Part shown: in pieces, positions 39,615 through 48,440 of the stretch
Layout of the letters: every line of letters begins with the position of its first letter
How positions within the stretch are numbered: the first letter of the stretch is position 1
Assembly (NCBI GenBank): GCA_050015075.1
Contig: JBEKCB010000007.1
Location: 109,747 to 173,746 of the forward strand
Source: Candidatus Brocadiia bacterium
Lineage (GTDB): Bacteria; Planctomycetota; Brocadiia; CAIUPP01
Length of the DNA stretch: 64,000 nucleotides
Reading direction: 5' to 3'
The notes under the pieces: model-generated
Database searches by the model: none
Told to the model about the DNA's origin: nothing
Seen by the model: only the letters and a program-made list of their open reading frames with translations
Translations under genes and position numbers: made by a program

Positions 39615-39771
39615 CTCGTAGTGTGCCCGTAAGGGCATACGTTTTTCCAATGCGCTTGACGGAAGCAGCGCCTGGCGGCGCCACTACAAGCGAGACGGCG
39701 ATTACCCGCCTTCGCCCCTTCGGCTGCGCTCAGGGCTGCGGCGGGCGAGCGATTACGAGCAAGACTACGAG
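39615..39771. repeat. Degenerate REP-like element
   Basis: ctcgtagtgtgcccgtaa faces gattacgagcaagactacgag, with internal cccttcggctgcgctcaggg resembling the 19841 element. Confidence 0.4.
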
Positions 39772-39794
39772 GTTTGGAAAAAGGAGGCGCGGCC

Positions 39795-40655
39795 ATGGAA
39801 CGCATCTCGTACACGTTCGACATGATGCGCTCGTCGTGGGAGGTGCTCAAGGCGGAGAAGCAGTTGGTGCTTTTCCCGCTGATCAGCGGCATCTGTTGTC
39901 TGCTCGTGCTGGCCTCGTTCGCGCTGCCGCTGTGGGCGGTCGGCTTCCCGAACTCGGAGCAGTTGCAGCAACGGCCGGTGCTGTATTACGGGCTGCTCTT
40001 CCTCTTCTATTTTATGAACTACTTCATCGTCATCTTCTTCAACAGCGCCGTCATCGCGTGCGCCATCGTGCGGATGCGCGGCGGCGAGCCGACGCTCTCG
40101 ACGGGCATCCACGCGGCGCTCTCGCGGCTGCCGCAGATCGCCGGATGGGCGCTCGTTGCGGCCACCGTCGGGCTGATTCTGCGGGCGCTGGAGAACGTGG
40201 CGCGCAAGCGCGGCAACTGGGTGGGCCAGATCGTCGCGGGCATGCTCGGAATGGCGTGGTCGGTCGTGACGTTCCTCGTCGTGCCGATCCTCGTCGTGGA
40301 GAAAAAGGGCCCCTTCGAGGCGCTGAAGGAATCGGTGACGCTTTTGAGGAAGACGTGGGGCGAGCAACTGGTCGGTGGGTTCAGCTTCGGACTGGTCTTC
40401 ATGCTGCTGGGTCTCGGCGGCTTCATCCCGCTTTTCCTGGGCTTCAATATTCTGCACACCGTCATGCCGCTGGGCGTGCTGCTGATCGCCGTCGGGGCGA
40501 TTTACCTGATCGGGCTGTCCGTGGTGCAGTCCACCCTGCAGACCATCTTCCAGGCCGCCGTTTACCTCTACGCCCGCGACGGCCGCGCCCCGAGAGGGTT
40601 CGACGAGTCCTGCCTGAGTTCCGCGATGGCCCCCGCGCCGCGGTCGGATGAGTGA
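39795..40655 (+). CDS. Membrane protein (DUF6159-like)
   Basis: SWEVLKAEKQLVLFPLIS, GPFEALKES..LLRKTWGE. AGGAGG RBS. Confidence 0.75.
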   Translation: MERISYTFDMMRSSWEVLKAEKQLVLFPLISGICCLLVLASFALPLWAVGFPNSEQLQQRPVLYYGLLFLFYFMNYFIVIFFNSAVIACAIVRMRGGEPTLSTGIHAALSRLPQIAGWALVAATVGLILRALENVARKRGNWVGQIVAGMLGMAWSVVTFLVVPILVVEKKGPFEALKESVTLLRKTWGEQLVGGFSFGLVFMLLGLGGFIPLFLGFNILHTVMPLGVLLIAVGAIYLIGLSVVQSTLQTIFQAAVYLYARDGRAPRGFDESCLSSAMAPAPRSDE

Positions 40656-40688
40656 GCCGGCAGACCGCCGCCGGCGCCCGTCTTGATT

Positions 40689-40773
40689 TGGGCGAGGAGG
40701 GGGTCGAACCCTCACGTCCCTAGCGGGACATCGGATTTTAAGTCCGATGCGTCTGCCATTCCGCCACTCGCCC
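40689..40773 (-). tRNA. tRNA-Leu, anticodon UAA
   Basis: GGGCGAG/CTCGCCC-A acceptor stem, TCGGA-CTTAAAA-TCCGA anticodon arm, long variable arm, GGTTCGACCCC. Confidence 0.95.
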
Positions 40774-40967
40774 GAGTGTCGGTTAGCATAGCCCAAGCAG
40801 AGGGCCAAATCAATTACGACCGGGAACTCGCGGTCGGTGTCGGCTCAACACGGGAATCGGCCCACAATTCCGGCTAAGCCGCGCGCCTCACGCAAAAGGA
40901 AAAGCCTGTCCAAGGCCGTGCCGACCCGCAGCAGCGACGTTCATTATGTTGCGCCGCCGTTTGCGCG

Positions 40968-42959
40968 TTACCGGGCGTATTTGAAGACGGCCACTCCATA
41001 GGGTTGAACTTCGAACGTCCCCTGGCAACGCCGACGGGTGAGCAACTCCACGGCCGGGCGCTGCAGCTTGAGCGTGGCCGGCTGGTTCGACAACTCGACG
41101 GCGATAAGACCTTCGGCCGCCCGGCCCTTGCGCGGGACAACGAGAAGGTTCGCCGAGGCCTCGGCGGCGGGGGCGACGCGCGCCTCAACTGCGGCGTCGA
41201 GGAGCAGCCGCTGCAGGTCCTGCTCGCCGGGGAGCGTGCCGAGGAGGATGATCCGCCCCTTGGCCATGCGCTTCTCGACCACGGCGGCCAAGCCTTTCAT
41301 CGGGCCTTCGACATAGGTCGCCAGCGGCTTCGCGCCGTGGAGTTCGTATGAGTCGTACCAGAGCGCGCCCTGCGACTTGTGCCCGTCATTCCACAGGAAC
41401 GAGAACGGCCGCGCGTCGCCCGGGATTTCATATTTGCAGCGTATGCCCGCCCACTCTTCCAGCGAACCATACGGCGCGTGAGAGAACTTGGCGGCGTGCC
41501 GGTCGCGGATGTCGGTGAAGGGCCCGGCAATCCAGGTGCCGCCGGCCTCGATCCATTTGCGCAACCGCTCGCGCAGGCTGCCTTCGTCGAGGTTCGGCAG
41601 GAAGGGCGAGAAGAGCAGCTTGTACGCCGACAGGTCCGCCTGTGCGTCGAGGAGGTCGGGCCGGAGTTGCGCCTGGATCATCGGGTGATAGATGTTGTTG
41701 ACCAGCGTATCGCAGTACTTGAACCCATTGACGATCGGCTGGAACTCGAACATCCAGTACGCCGGCCCCGAGTAATGCAGCGCCAGGCCCGTGCGCACGG
41801 GACGGGTGCCGTTGAGGAAGCCGGCGGCGGCCTTCAGCCCCGTGGCGATCTCCTGAACCTCGCCGAAGATGTGCAGCGGGCGCCCCGCGCTGGAGACGAC
41901 CGAGCCGTGCATGAGTTCCTGCCCGGCCCGGTGCGCGCGCCAGAGCCAGTAAAGGGTGGCCTCGCCGCCCAGAGCAAAAGGCAGCCACGAGTTCGCCCGG
42001 CAGAATCCCGGCTCGCGGTAACCGTTGGAAGCCGCCACACCGCCGTTCCAGCAGGTGGAGGTTTCCGTATTCCAGAAGGCCCGGTCCTTGAGCGACCGGC
42101 ACAGGTCCATCCAGAACGCCGCCCGCCACATGTTGTTCGGCTTGGTGTAGTGGTTGAACTGGACGATGTTGAGCTTCCGTTCGATGTCGAAGTAGTTCAG
42201 CCCGAAGGCGGGCATCATGTCGGTGCCCACAGGCTGCCGGACGAGCCGGTGGAGGATATCGGCCTGGTGGTGGCAGAATTCCACGACGGAATCGGACTGG
42301 AAGCACATCCACGCCGTCTGAAGCGACGGGTGGTGCCACGTGTCGCTGCGAGGGACGGGCAGTTGCGCGAAGGACTGGTAGGCCTGGCTCCACAGGTTAT
42401 TGCACCAGGCGGCGTTGAGGGCCTCGATCGTGCCGAACTTCGCCCGCAGGGCGTCCTGGAATTTCTGCAGGCAGATGGGGCAGCAGCACGCGCGCGTGCC
42501 ATAGGGGTACAGCTCGTTGTCAATCTGCCAGCCGATGACGTTGGGGTCCCGGCCGAACTCCTCGGCCATGCGCGTGACGATCCGCGCGCAATGACCGCGA
42601 TAGACGGGGCTGTTGGAGCAGACGTGCCGTCGCGCGCCGTGCTGGGCGCGCACGCCCTGCTCGGACATGACGAGTGATTCGGGATAACGCTCCGTCAGCC
42701 ACGCCGGCGGGGTGGGCGTCGGCGTGCCCAGGATCGTGGCGATGCCGGCCTTGGCCAGTTTCCGGACCACGACGTGGAGCCAGTCGAAATCGTACTGACC
42801 TTCCTGCGGCTCCATCCGGCTCCAGGCGAACTCGCCGATGCGCATCACATTCATGCCGGCCTGCTTCATCAGGGCGATGTCGTCATCCACCTGCGAAAAC
42901 GGCCAGTCCTCCGGATAATAAGCGGCGCCGAGGTAAGGGGGTTTGACTGTGTTGCTCAT
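40968..42959 (-). CDS. Beta-galactosidase, GH42 family
   Basis: YYPEDW, RIGEFAWSRMEP, WQIDNE, GQELMHG, trimerisation domain. Confidence 0.92.
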   Translation of the reverse strand: MSNTVKPPYLGAAYYPEDWPFSQVDDDIALMKQAGMNVMRIGEFAWSRMEPQEGQYDFDWLHVVVRKLAKAGIATILGTPTPTPPAWLTERYPESLVMSEQGVRAQHGARRHVCSNSPVYRGHCARIVTRMAEEFGRDPNVIGWQIDNELYPYGTRACCCPICLQKFQDALRAKFGTIEALNAAWCNNLWSQAYQSFAQLPVPRSDTWHHPSLQTAWMCFQSDSVVEFCHHQADILHRLVRQPVGTDMMPAFGLNYFDIERKLNIVQFNHYTKPNNMWRAAFWMDLCRSLKDRAFWNTETSTCWNGGVAASNGYREPGFCRANSWLPFALGGEATLYWLWRAHRAGQELMHGSVVSSAGRPLHIFGEVQEIATGLKAAAGFLNGTRPVRTGLALHYSGPAYWMFEFQPIVNGFKYCDTLVNNIYHPMIQAQLRPDLLDAQADLSAYKLLFSPFLPNLDEGSLRERLRKWIEAGGTWIAGPFTDIRDRHAAKFSHAPYGSLEEWAGIRCKYEIPGDARPFSFLWNDGHKSQGALWYDSYELHGAKPLATYVEGPMKGLAAVVEKRMAKGRIILLGTLPGEQDLQRLLLDAAVEARVAPAAEASANLLVVPRKGRAAEGLIAVELSNQPATLKLQRPAVELLTRRRCQGTFEVQPYGVAVFKYAR

Positions 42960-43005
42960 GAACGATTCTCCTTTTTAACTCAGCTGCCTGCGCCATGGCC
43001 TGCGG

Positions 43006-44481
43006 TTACGCGCGCGTGGCCAGTTCATGCGGCTGGACTCGGGGCGAGTGCGCGCCGCAGCTCTCCGCTTTTTCGGCCTCCGGCGTGGCCGCCGGGCTCG
43101 CGTAAAATCCGAACTCGCGCAGGAGCCGCAGTTTCGGCAGCACGTTGCCTTCCAGGTCAATGTGGAAGAACCCGGAGAAGATGTCCGGGTTGTCCGTGAT
43201 GAGCTGGAAATACCGCCGGTACCGCTCCGGGATGCGGATGCCGCCGTCCACGTACGTCTCGTGGCCGGTGCAGACGAACTCCGGCAGCAGCCAGGGCGAA
43301 AATTCGAGCTTCGCCTTCGCCGACCACTCGCGGTACACCTCCGTCTGCGGCAGAAGCGAGAGCAGGCTCGGCAGGATGCGCGCACCCATCATGCGGAACG
43401 AGATCATCTGGAAGAGCGACTGCCGGAAGTCCTCGATCGTCTCGAACGGGAATCCCCAGACGTAGAACGTGTCCACGCGCGGGAAGATCGGGATCGCCTT
43501 CGGGACGATCTCGAGCGCCTGCGCGGCGGTGAAGCCCTTGCGGATGATCTCCAGCACGCGGTCCGAGCCGGACTCGATGCCGAACCGCAACTCCAGGCAG
43601 CCGCACGCGGCCATCGCGCGCATCATCTCCTCGTCCACCAGGTTCACGCGGCCGAACGCCTTCCATTCCAGCTTCAGCCCCGTGCGCGCCAGCTCGTCGC
43701 AGAACGCCATCACCTGCCGTTTGCCGGAGACGAAGAACTCGTCCTGGAAAAGGAACATCTCCGCGCCGGCGCGCTCATGGATGAGCTTCATCTCCGCCAC
43801 GATGTTCCGCGGGCTGCGCGAGTAGCTCTCCAAGTTCCAGACCGGCGCCACCGAGCAGAACGTGCACGGATACGGGCAGCCGCGGCTGGTCATCAACCCG
43901 TAACCGGCGTACCGTTTCAGCTCGATCTTGTCGAAGGCGGGGAACGGGATGCTGTCGAGGTCGCGGATGCGCGCGCGGTCGGGATTGTGGCGGATTTTTC
44001 CCACGCCGTCGCGGTAAGAGATGCCGGCGACGCCGGAGAGGTCGCCGCCGGACTTCAGCGCGCGCAGGAGGTCCGGCCCGGTCAGCTCGCCTTCGCCGCG
44101 GCAGATGACGTCAATCCATGGAAAGCGCGCGAGCACTTTCTCTTCGACCGACTTCGACCCGACGCCGCCGAGGACCAGCGTGCGGCCGGGATAGCGCTTC
44201 TTCAGGGCCTGCAGCGCCAGGACGGTGAACGGCAGCAGGTTCGCCATGCACGAAAGGCCGATGACCGGCGCGGGCTCTTTCAGGAAATCGAGGAAGGCGG
44301 CGATGTCGAACGGATCGTCGGTCGGGCAGGTCTGGTAGTCGCGGAAGTCCACCTCGAAGCCGGCGTCCTCGAGCGCGCGAGTGAGATACAGGCAGCCGAG
44401 CGGCACGTGCAGCTCGCGCTCGACCTCCTCGCCGTAGCGCATGAAGAGCATGTTCAGGTTGATCAGCGTGATGTCGGCCAT
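43006..44481 (-). CDS. B12-binding radical SAM enzyme
   Basis: PLGCLYL, VLGG, GEGE, SRGCPYPCTFC (CxxxCxxC), QDEFF, FGIESGS, GFPFET. Confidence 0.9.
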   Translation of the reverse strand: MADITLINLNMLFMRYGEEVERELHVPLGCLYLTRALEDAGFEVDFRDYQTCPTDDPFDIAAFLDFLKEPAPVIGLSCMANLLPFTVLALQALKKRYPGRTLVLGGVGSKSVEEKVLARFPWIDVICRGEGELTGPDLLRALKSGGDLSGVAGISYRDGVGKIRHNPDRARIRDLDSIPFPAFDKIELKRYAGYGLMTSRGCPYPCTFCSVAPVWNLESYSRSPRNIVAEMKLIHERAGAEMFLFQDEFFVSGKRQVMAFCDELARTGLKLEWKAFGRVNLVDEEMMRAMAACGCLELRFGIESGSDRVLEIIRKGFTAAQALEIVPKAIPIFPRVDTFYVWGFPFETIEDFRQSLFQMISFRMMGARILPSLLSLLPQTEVYREWSAKAKLEFSPWLLPEFVCTGHETYVDGGIRIPERYRRYFQLITDNPDIFSGFFHIDLEGNVLPKLRLLREFGFYASPAATPEAEKAESCGAHSPRVQPHELATRA

Positions 44482-44491
44482 GCTGTTTTCC

Positions 44492-45202
44492 CTAGGGTTG
44501 GTCCGGACGCATGCCTGTAACCACCATCGGCGGCTTGGGCACCTGCGGCGTGACAGCGGCATCCGTGTCCGGCGGAGTCGCCGGCGGATTCGTAGTCGCC
44601 GGGCTGCCGGGCGGCGTCTCCGCGGGAAGCGACGGCGGCCGGTCCGGTCGAACGCCGCCGAAGTTGGTCGGGCGCTTCGGATTGTTCACGGCATCGGTAT
44701 CCGCCGGTTCTGCTACGAAGCCAAAGACCGCGTGGGAAAACACCGGAGCGCTCCCCGTCGTTGACTGCGCGGCGGAGGGCGGCTGGTCGGGTCTGCTGCC
44801 GGTCGGCGGAGGCGGCGCTGATTCGCCGCACCCGGCCAAATCCGCTCCGAGCGCGACGAGCATCACCGCCGCGGCCGCGCCCATGAGGACCGGCCGGAGT
44901 TTCGCGTCAACGTTGGTCCGGCTGATGATCGCTTCGAGCTGCGCATGCGGGATGCCCGCGAGCATCGCGATTTCCGAGGGGCGCAGTTCCAGCCCGATCG
45001 TCTTCGCCGCCTCGGCGCGCTGCTCCAGGAGCAATCGGCGGAACTGCGGGTCCACCGCCGCCTTTTTGATCAGCACCTCGACCCCGCGCGGCACGCCGCC
45101 CAGCGGCTTGCCCGCGCCCGGCGGCCGCCCGCCGACGATCGTCGTCCGCACCGACTCCTGCTCGATTCGGCGTCCGCCGCCCTTCTGGTCCGGAGCGCTC
45201 AT
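44492..45202 (-). CDS. Protein with NHLP-like leader, hydrophobic segment/lipobox and three GxRPD repeats; candidate RiPP-type substrate
   Basis: EVLIKKAAVDPQFRRLLL, VMLVALGADLAGC, TGSRPDQP/GGVRPDRP/TGMRPDQP. Confidence 0.65.
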   Translation of the reverse strand: MSAPDQKGGGRRIEQESVRTTIVGGRPPGAGKPLGGVPRGVEVLIKKAAVDPQFRRLLLEQRAEAAKTIGLELRPSEIAMLAGIPHAQLEAIISRTNVDAKLRPVLMGAAAAVMLVALGADLAGCGESAPPPPTGSRPDQPPSAAQSTTGSAPVFSHAVFGFVAEPADTDAVNNPKRPTNFGGVRPDRPPSLPAETPPGSPATTNPPATPPDTDAAVTPQVPKPPMVVTGMRPDQP

Positions 45203-45246
45203 CGTTGCGTTCTCCTTCCATCGGTTCGACACTCACATTCGGCAGG

Positions 45247-45366
45247 ATTCTACACCCGTTGAATGAAAAAGCAACTGAAATGTTACGTCCTGCGGCGAGA
45301 GGCGGCCATCATTGCCCTCCGAAAATGCGCCGGGCCGATTGACAGAATTACGGCTGCGTGTAGAAT
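45247..45366. promoter_or_regulatory. Divergent sigma70-like promoters
   Basis: Plus strand TTGACA(45339)-16 nt-TAGAAT; minus strand TTGCTT(45274)-16 nt-TAGAAT. Both contain GTGTAGAAT. Confidence 0.5.
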
Positions 45367-45404
45367 GGCGCAGGGCGAACGGCAACAGGAACGGGAAGGG
45401 TCCG

Positions 45405-46100
45405 ATGAAACCAGGATCGCGCGGCGCTTCGGCGGGTGCGGGCGGAAGCCGGCCCGAGCTGGAAAGTCTCGGTGAAGTCGGCATCCTCTTCGCCGACCTT
45501 TCCGGCTACACCCAGGTCGTCTATCAGTGCGTAGGCGATGAAGACCGGCTTCAGCGCCTGTCCATGGCGCTTTACCGGCTCTTCAATGCGCCCGGCCATG
45601 CGCATCCGGACATTTCCGTGGAAGGCTACGCCGGGGACGGCTTCCTGGCGTTCAGCCGCGGCCGGACGCCGGTCCGCACCATGTACGACTTCGCGCTGAC
45701 TTTGCACAGCCGTTTCGACGCGGAGACTCGGCCGCTGATGCTGAACCTGGGCTTTCGCGCCAGCGCGGCGCTGCGCACCGGGCTTCACATCGGGCGCGTC
45801 TGGCGCATGAAGTTGTCCGCAGAGCCGGAGCCGCCGCGCTATTCCAACATCTCCGACGCGATCAACGTGGCCAGCCGCGTGGTGGCCGGGCAGGTCTGCC
45901 GCCGGCGCGGCCTAGCCGTGACGCGCGACTGCTATCGCCGCCTGCTCTACGCCGGCCGCAAGGAAGTCCGCGAGCCGGACGAAGTCATCCAGGACCGCAA
46001 CCAGTATCCGGAGCCCATCGAGATCTATCACATCCGGCCGGAGGAGCATCAGCAGATCGTCACCCGCTCGGCCGGACAGGCGAAGAATCCGCCGGCGTGA
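45405..46100 (+). CDS. Class III nucleotidyl cyclase domain protein
   Basis: ILFADLSGYT, YAGDGFLA, RTGLHIG, DAINVASRV. Confidence 0.8.
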   Translation: MKPGSRGASAGAGGSRPELESLGEVGILFADLSGYTQVVYQCVGDEDRLQRLSMALYRLFNAPGHAHPDISVEGYAGDGFLAFSRGRTPVRTMYDFALTLHSRFDAETRPLMLNLGFRASAALRTGLHIGRVWRMKLSAEPEPPRYSNISDAINVASRVVAGQVCRRRGLAVTRDCYRRLLYAGRKEVREPDEVIQDRNQYPEPIEIYHIRPEEHQQIVTRSAGQAKNPPA

Positions 46101-46147
46101 GGCGTGCGCATTCGTTCTGAGACGTCCGCAGAGGTGAGGAGAGTGTG

Positions 46148-48436
46148 ATGGGACTGACGATCCGCTTCCAGGGCGGCGCGCGCGCCGGAGAAGTTCTCGA
46201 CTTCGGCGACCAGGTCGAGACCGTCGTCTTCGGCCGCGATGCCGACAGGTGCCAGGTGGTTTTTCCGCCGGAAGAGACGAAGGTCGGGCGCGAGCACTGC
46301 GCGCTCCGGCGCGTCCTGGGCCGCTACCGCCTGCAGCTCAACAAGGACAACCTCGTCCTGCTCGACGGCAAGCCGGCGATGGAAGACCAGGAACTCGGCG
46401 CGACGGCCGACCTGCAACTGGGGCCGGACGGGCCTCGGCTGATCGCCGAGACGACCGGGAAGGCCGGCCTGCTTCCGACGATGGACCAGGGGCGGCGCGC
46501 GGGCCAGGCGACGATGGTCCGCGATGCGGGCCGGACGGCCAGGAAGGGCCGGAACATCGCTCTTGCGGTGGCCGCGTTGCTCGTGATCCTCGGCGTCGTC
46601 GTCCTCACCGTGGCGCGGCGGCAGGAGGAGAAAATTCGCAGCGTCACCGAATTGACCCAGGCGGATAAGGCGCTGATCAACGACATGGCCGGCAAGCTCG
46701 CGACGGTCGCCGCCAAGTCCGAGGCGCTGCCGATGGCGCTGGCGAAAGCGCGGCCGTCGGTCTACATGGTCGTGCTGCGCTTCCAGCCCGAGGGGAAATC
46801 GTCCTACGAAGAGGTGCAGCTCGGCACGGCGTGGGTCATCGCCGACGGCGTGCTCGCCACCAACGCGCACGTCGCGGAGGTGTTCAACAACCTGGGCAAG
46901 ACAATGGAGGACCTCAAGCCGCTCGGCGTCCTCAAGGAGTACGTGGTCCGCTCGAACGCGCCTGAGCCGAAGACGCATCGCATCAAGTCCGTGCGCATTC
47001 ACCCCGGTTACGAGGAGTTCCAGAAGATCTGGGGCGAACTCAAGCCCGGCTACGGACAATCGCTCAGGACCCTGCGCATTGTGGACGCCGCCGGCCCGGC
47101 TTGCGACGTCGGGCTCCTGCAGGTGGACGAGGCGGACCAGGCCGGCCTGGCCGCGAAGCTGCCGGTCGCAACGCCGAAGGAACTCGGCGAGCTGCTCGCC
47201 GGCCGATCGGTCGGATACGTCGGTTACCCGGGCGAGAACCTGGCGCTCATCAGCCAGACGCATCCGAACCCCGTCACGCAGGTCGGCAGCATTACCGCCG
47301 TGACCGATTTTCTCGGCGTCAGCTCGAAGGACGGTCAACTGATCCAGAATTCGCTGCCGCTCGCCGGCGGCGCCAGCGGCAGTCCGGTCCTGAACGCGGA
47401 CGGACAGGTCATTGCCATCCTCAGCGCGGGCAACATGGTGGTGACGAGCGCGGGCCGGACTCCGTCGGCGGCCGGCATCAATTTCGCCCAGCGCGTTGAC
47501 CTGGTCACCGAACTGCTCGAGGGACGGGCCGCGAAAGCCCAGCCGGAACGCTCCGCCGCGTGGCGAAGGCAGATACCGGAGGTGTACGACACCGGGCTCG
47601 CCCTGCTGCACAAGGAACTGGTTCCTGAATACGTGAAGTTCCGGGAAGTCCAACTGGCCGGCGACGATCAGAACGTGGAAGTCCAGGCGCGGGAAATCTC
47701 CCACCAGGCCGGCAAGCTCACCGCATCCGCCGAAGCCGCCAATCCGGCGACGTATAAGCTGACGGCGACTCTTCCCTTGAACGCCGTGTGCCTGGTGGTG
47801 GTCGCCTCGAGCGACGACGCCTGCGATCTCGCCTTGAACGTGGTGGAAAAGGGCGGCGCCGCAACGGGCCAGGAGCATCCCGGACAGAAAATCCACGAGG
47901 AAGTTCCCTGGGCGAGCGTGACCCAGTTCGAAGTGCGCGACACGGAGCCGATCGAGATCACGGCCTCCGCCAGTTCGGCCAACGCGCCGGTGGAAGTGTA
48001 CGTGTACCAGCTCGAAAGGAAAGAGCCGACGCCGGAAAAGCGCCTTGGCAAGATCCTCGCCTCCTGGCAGAACGATCTCAAAGAGAACAAGGGCGGCGAA
48101 TTCACGACCGAGGAGGTGATCGCCCAGCAAGGCGAGTTAGGCGAACCGACCGCCGAATTGAAAACGGCGATCTACAAAATGGACCTGTCTATCGCCGCCG
48201 AGGGCCATTACATGGCGGTCGCCGCCGGATCGCCCGGCCAGAACGTCGCCATCCTCGTGGCTGCGGTCAACGGCGACGAGCGGACTGAGCTTGCGAAAGA
48301 CACGCGCGACCTTCCCTGCACCGCCTGCGCATTCGATGCGGACGGGAAGGTGAAGACCGAGATCTACGTCCTGGGCCAGACCGCCCGGACCAAGTTCAAC
48401 CTCTGGGTCTATCGAGCCGTGCCCAAGATGCCGTGA
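46148..48436 (+). CDS. FHA-TM-trypsin-like serine protease with C-terminal beta domains
   Basis: FGR...VGREHC (FHA), TM helix, TNAHV / DVGLL / GGASGSPV catalytic triad. Confidence 0.85.
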   Translation: MGLTIRFQGGARAGEVLDFGDQVETVVFGRDADRCQVVFPPEETKVGREHCALRRVLGRYRLQLNKDNLVLLDGKPAMEDQELGATADLQLGPDGPRLIAETTGKAGLLPTMDQGRRAGQATMVRDAGRTARKGRNIALAVAALLVILGVVVLTVARRQEEKIRSVTELTQADKALINDMAGKLATVAAKSEALPMALAKARPSVYMVVLRFQPEGKSSYEEVQLGTAWVIADGVLATNAHVAEVFNNLGKTMEDLKPLGVLKEYVVRSNAPEPKTHRIKSVRIHPGYEEFQKIWGELKPGYGQSLRTLRIVDAAGPACDVGLLQVDEADQAGLAAKLPVATPKELGELLAGRSVGYVGYPGENLALISQTHPNPVTQVGSITAVTDFLGVSSKDGQLIQNSLPLAGGASGSPVLNADGQVIAILSAGNMVVTSAGRTPSAAGINFAQRVDLVTELLEGRAAKAQPERSAAWRRQIPEVYDTGLALLHKELVPEYVKFREVQLAGDDQNVEVQAREISHQAGKLTASAEAANPATYKLTATLPLNAVCLVVVASSDDACDLALNVVEKGGAATGQEHPGQKIHEEVPWASVTQFEVRDTEPIEITASASSANAPVEVYVYQLERKEPTPEKRLGKILASWQNDLKENKGGEFTTEEVIAQQGELGEPTAELKTAIYKMDLSIAAEGHYMAVAAGSPGQNVAILVAAVNGDERTELAKDTRDLPCTACAFDADGKVKTEIYVLGQTARTKFNLWVYRAVPKMP

Positions 48437-48440
48437 GCCG

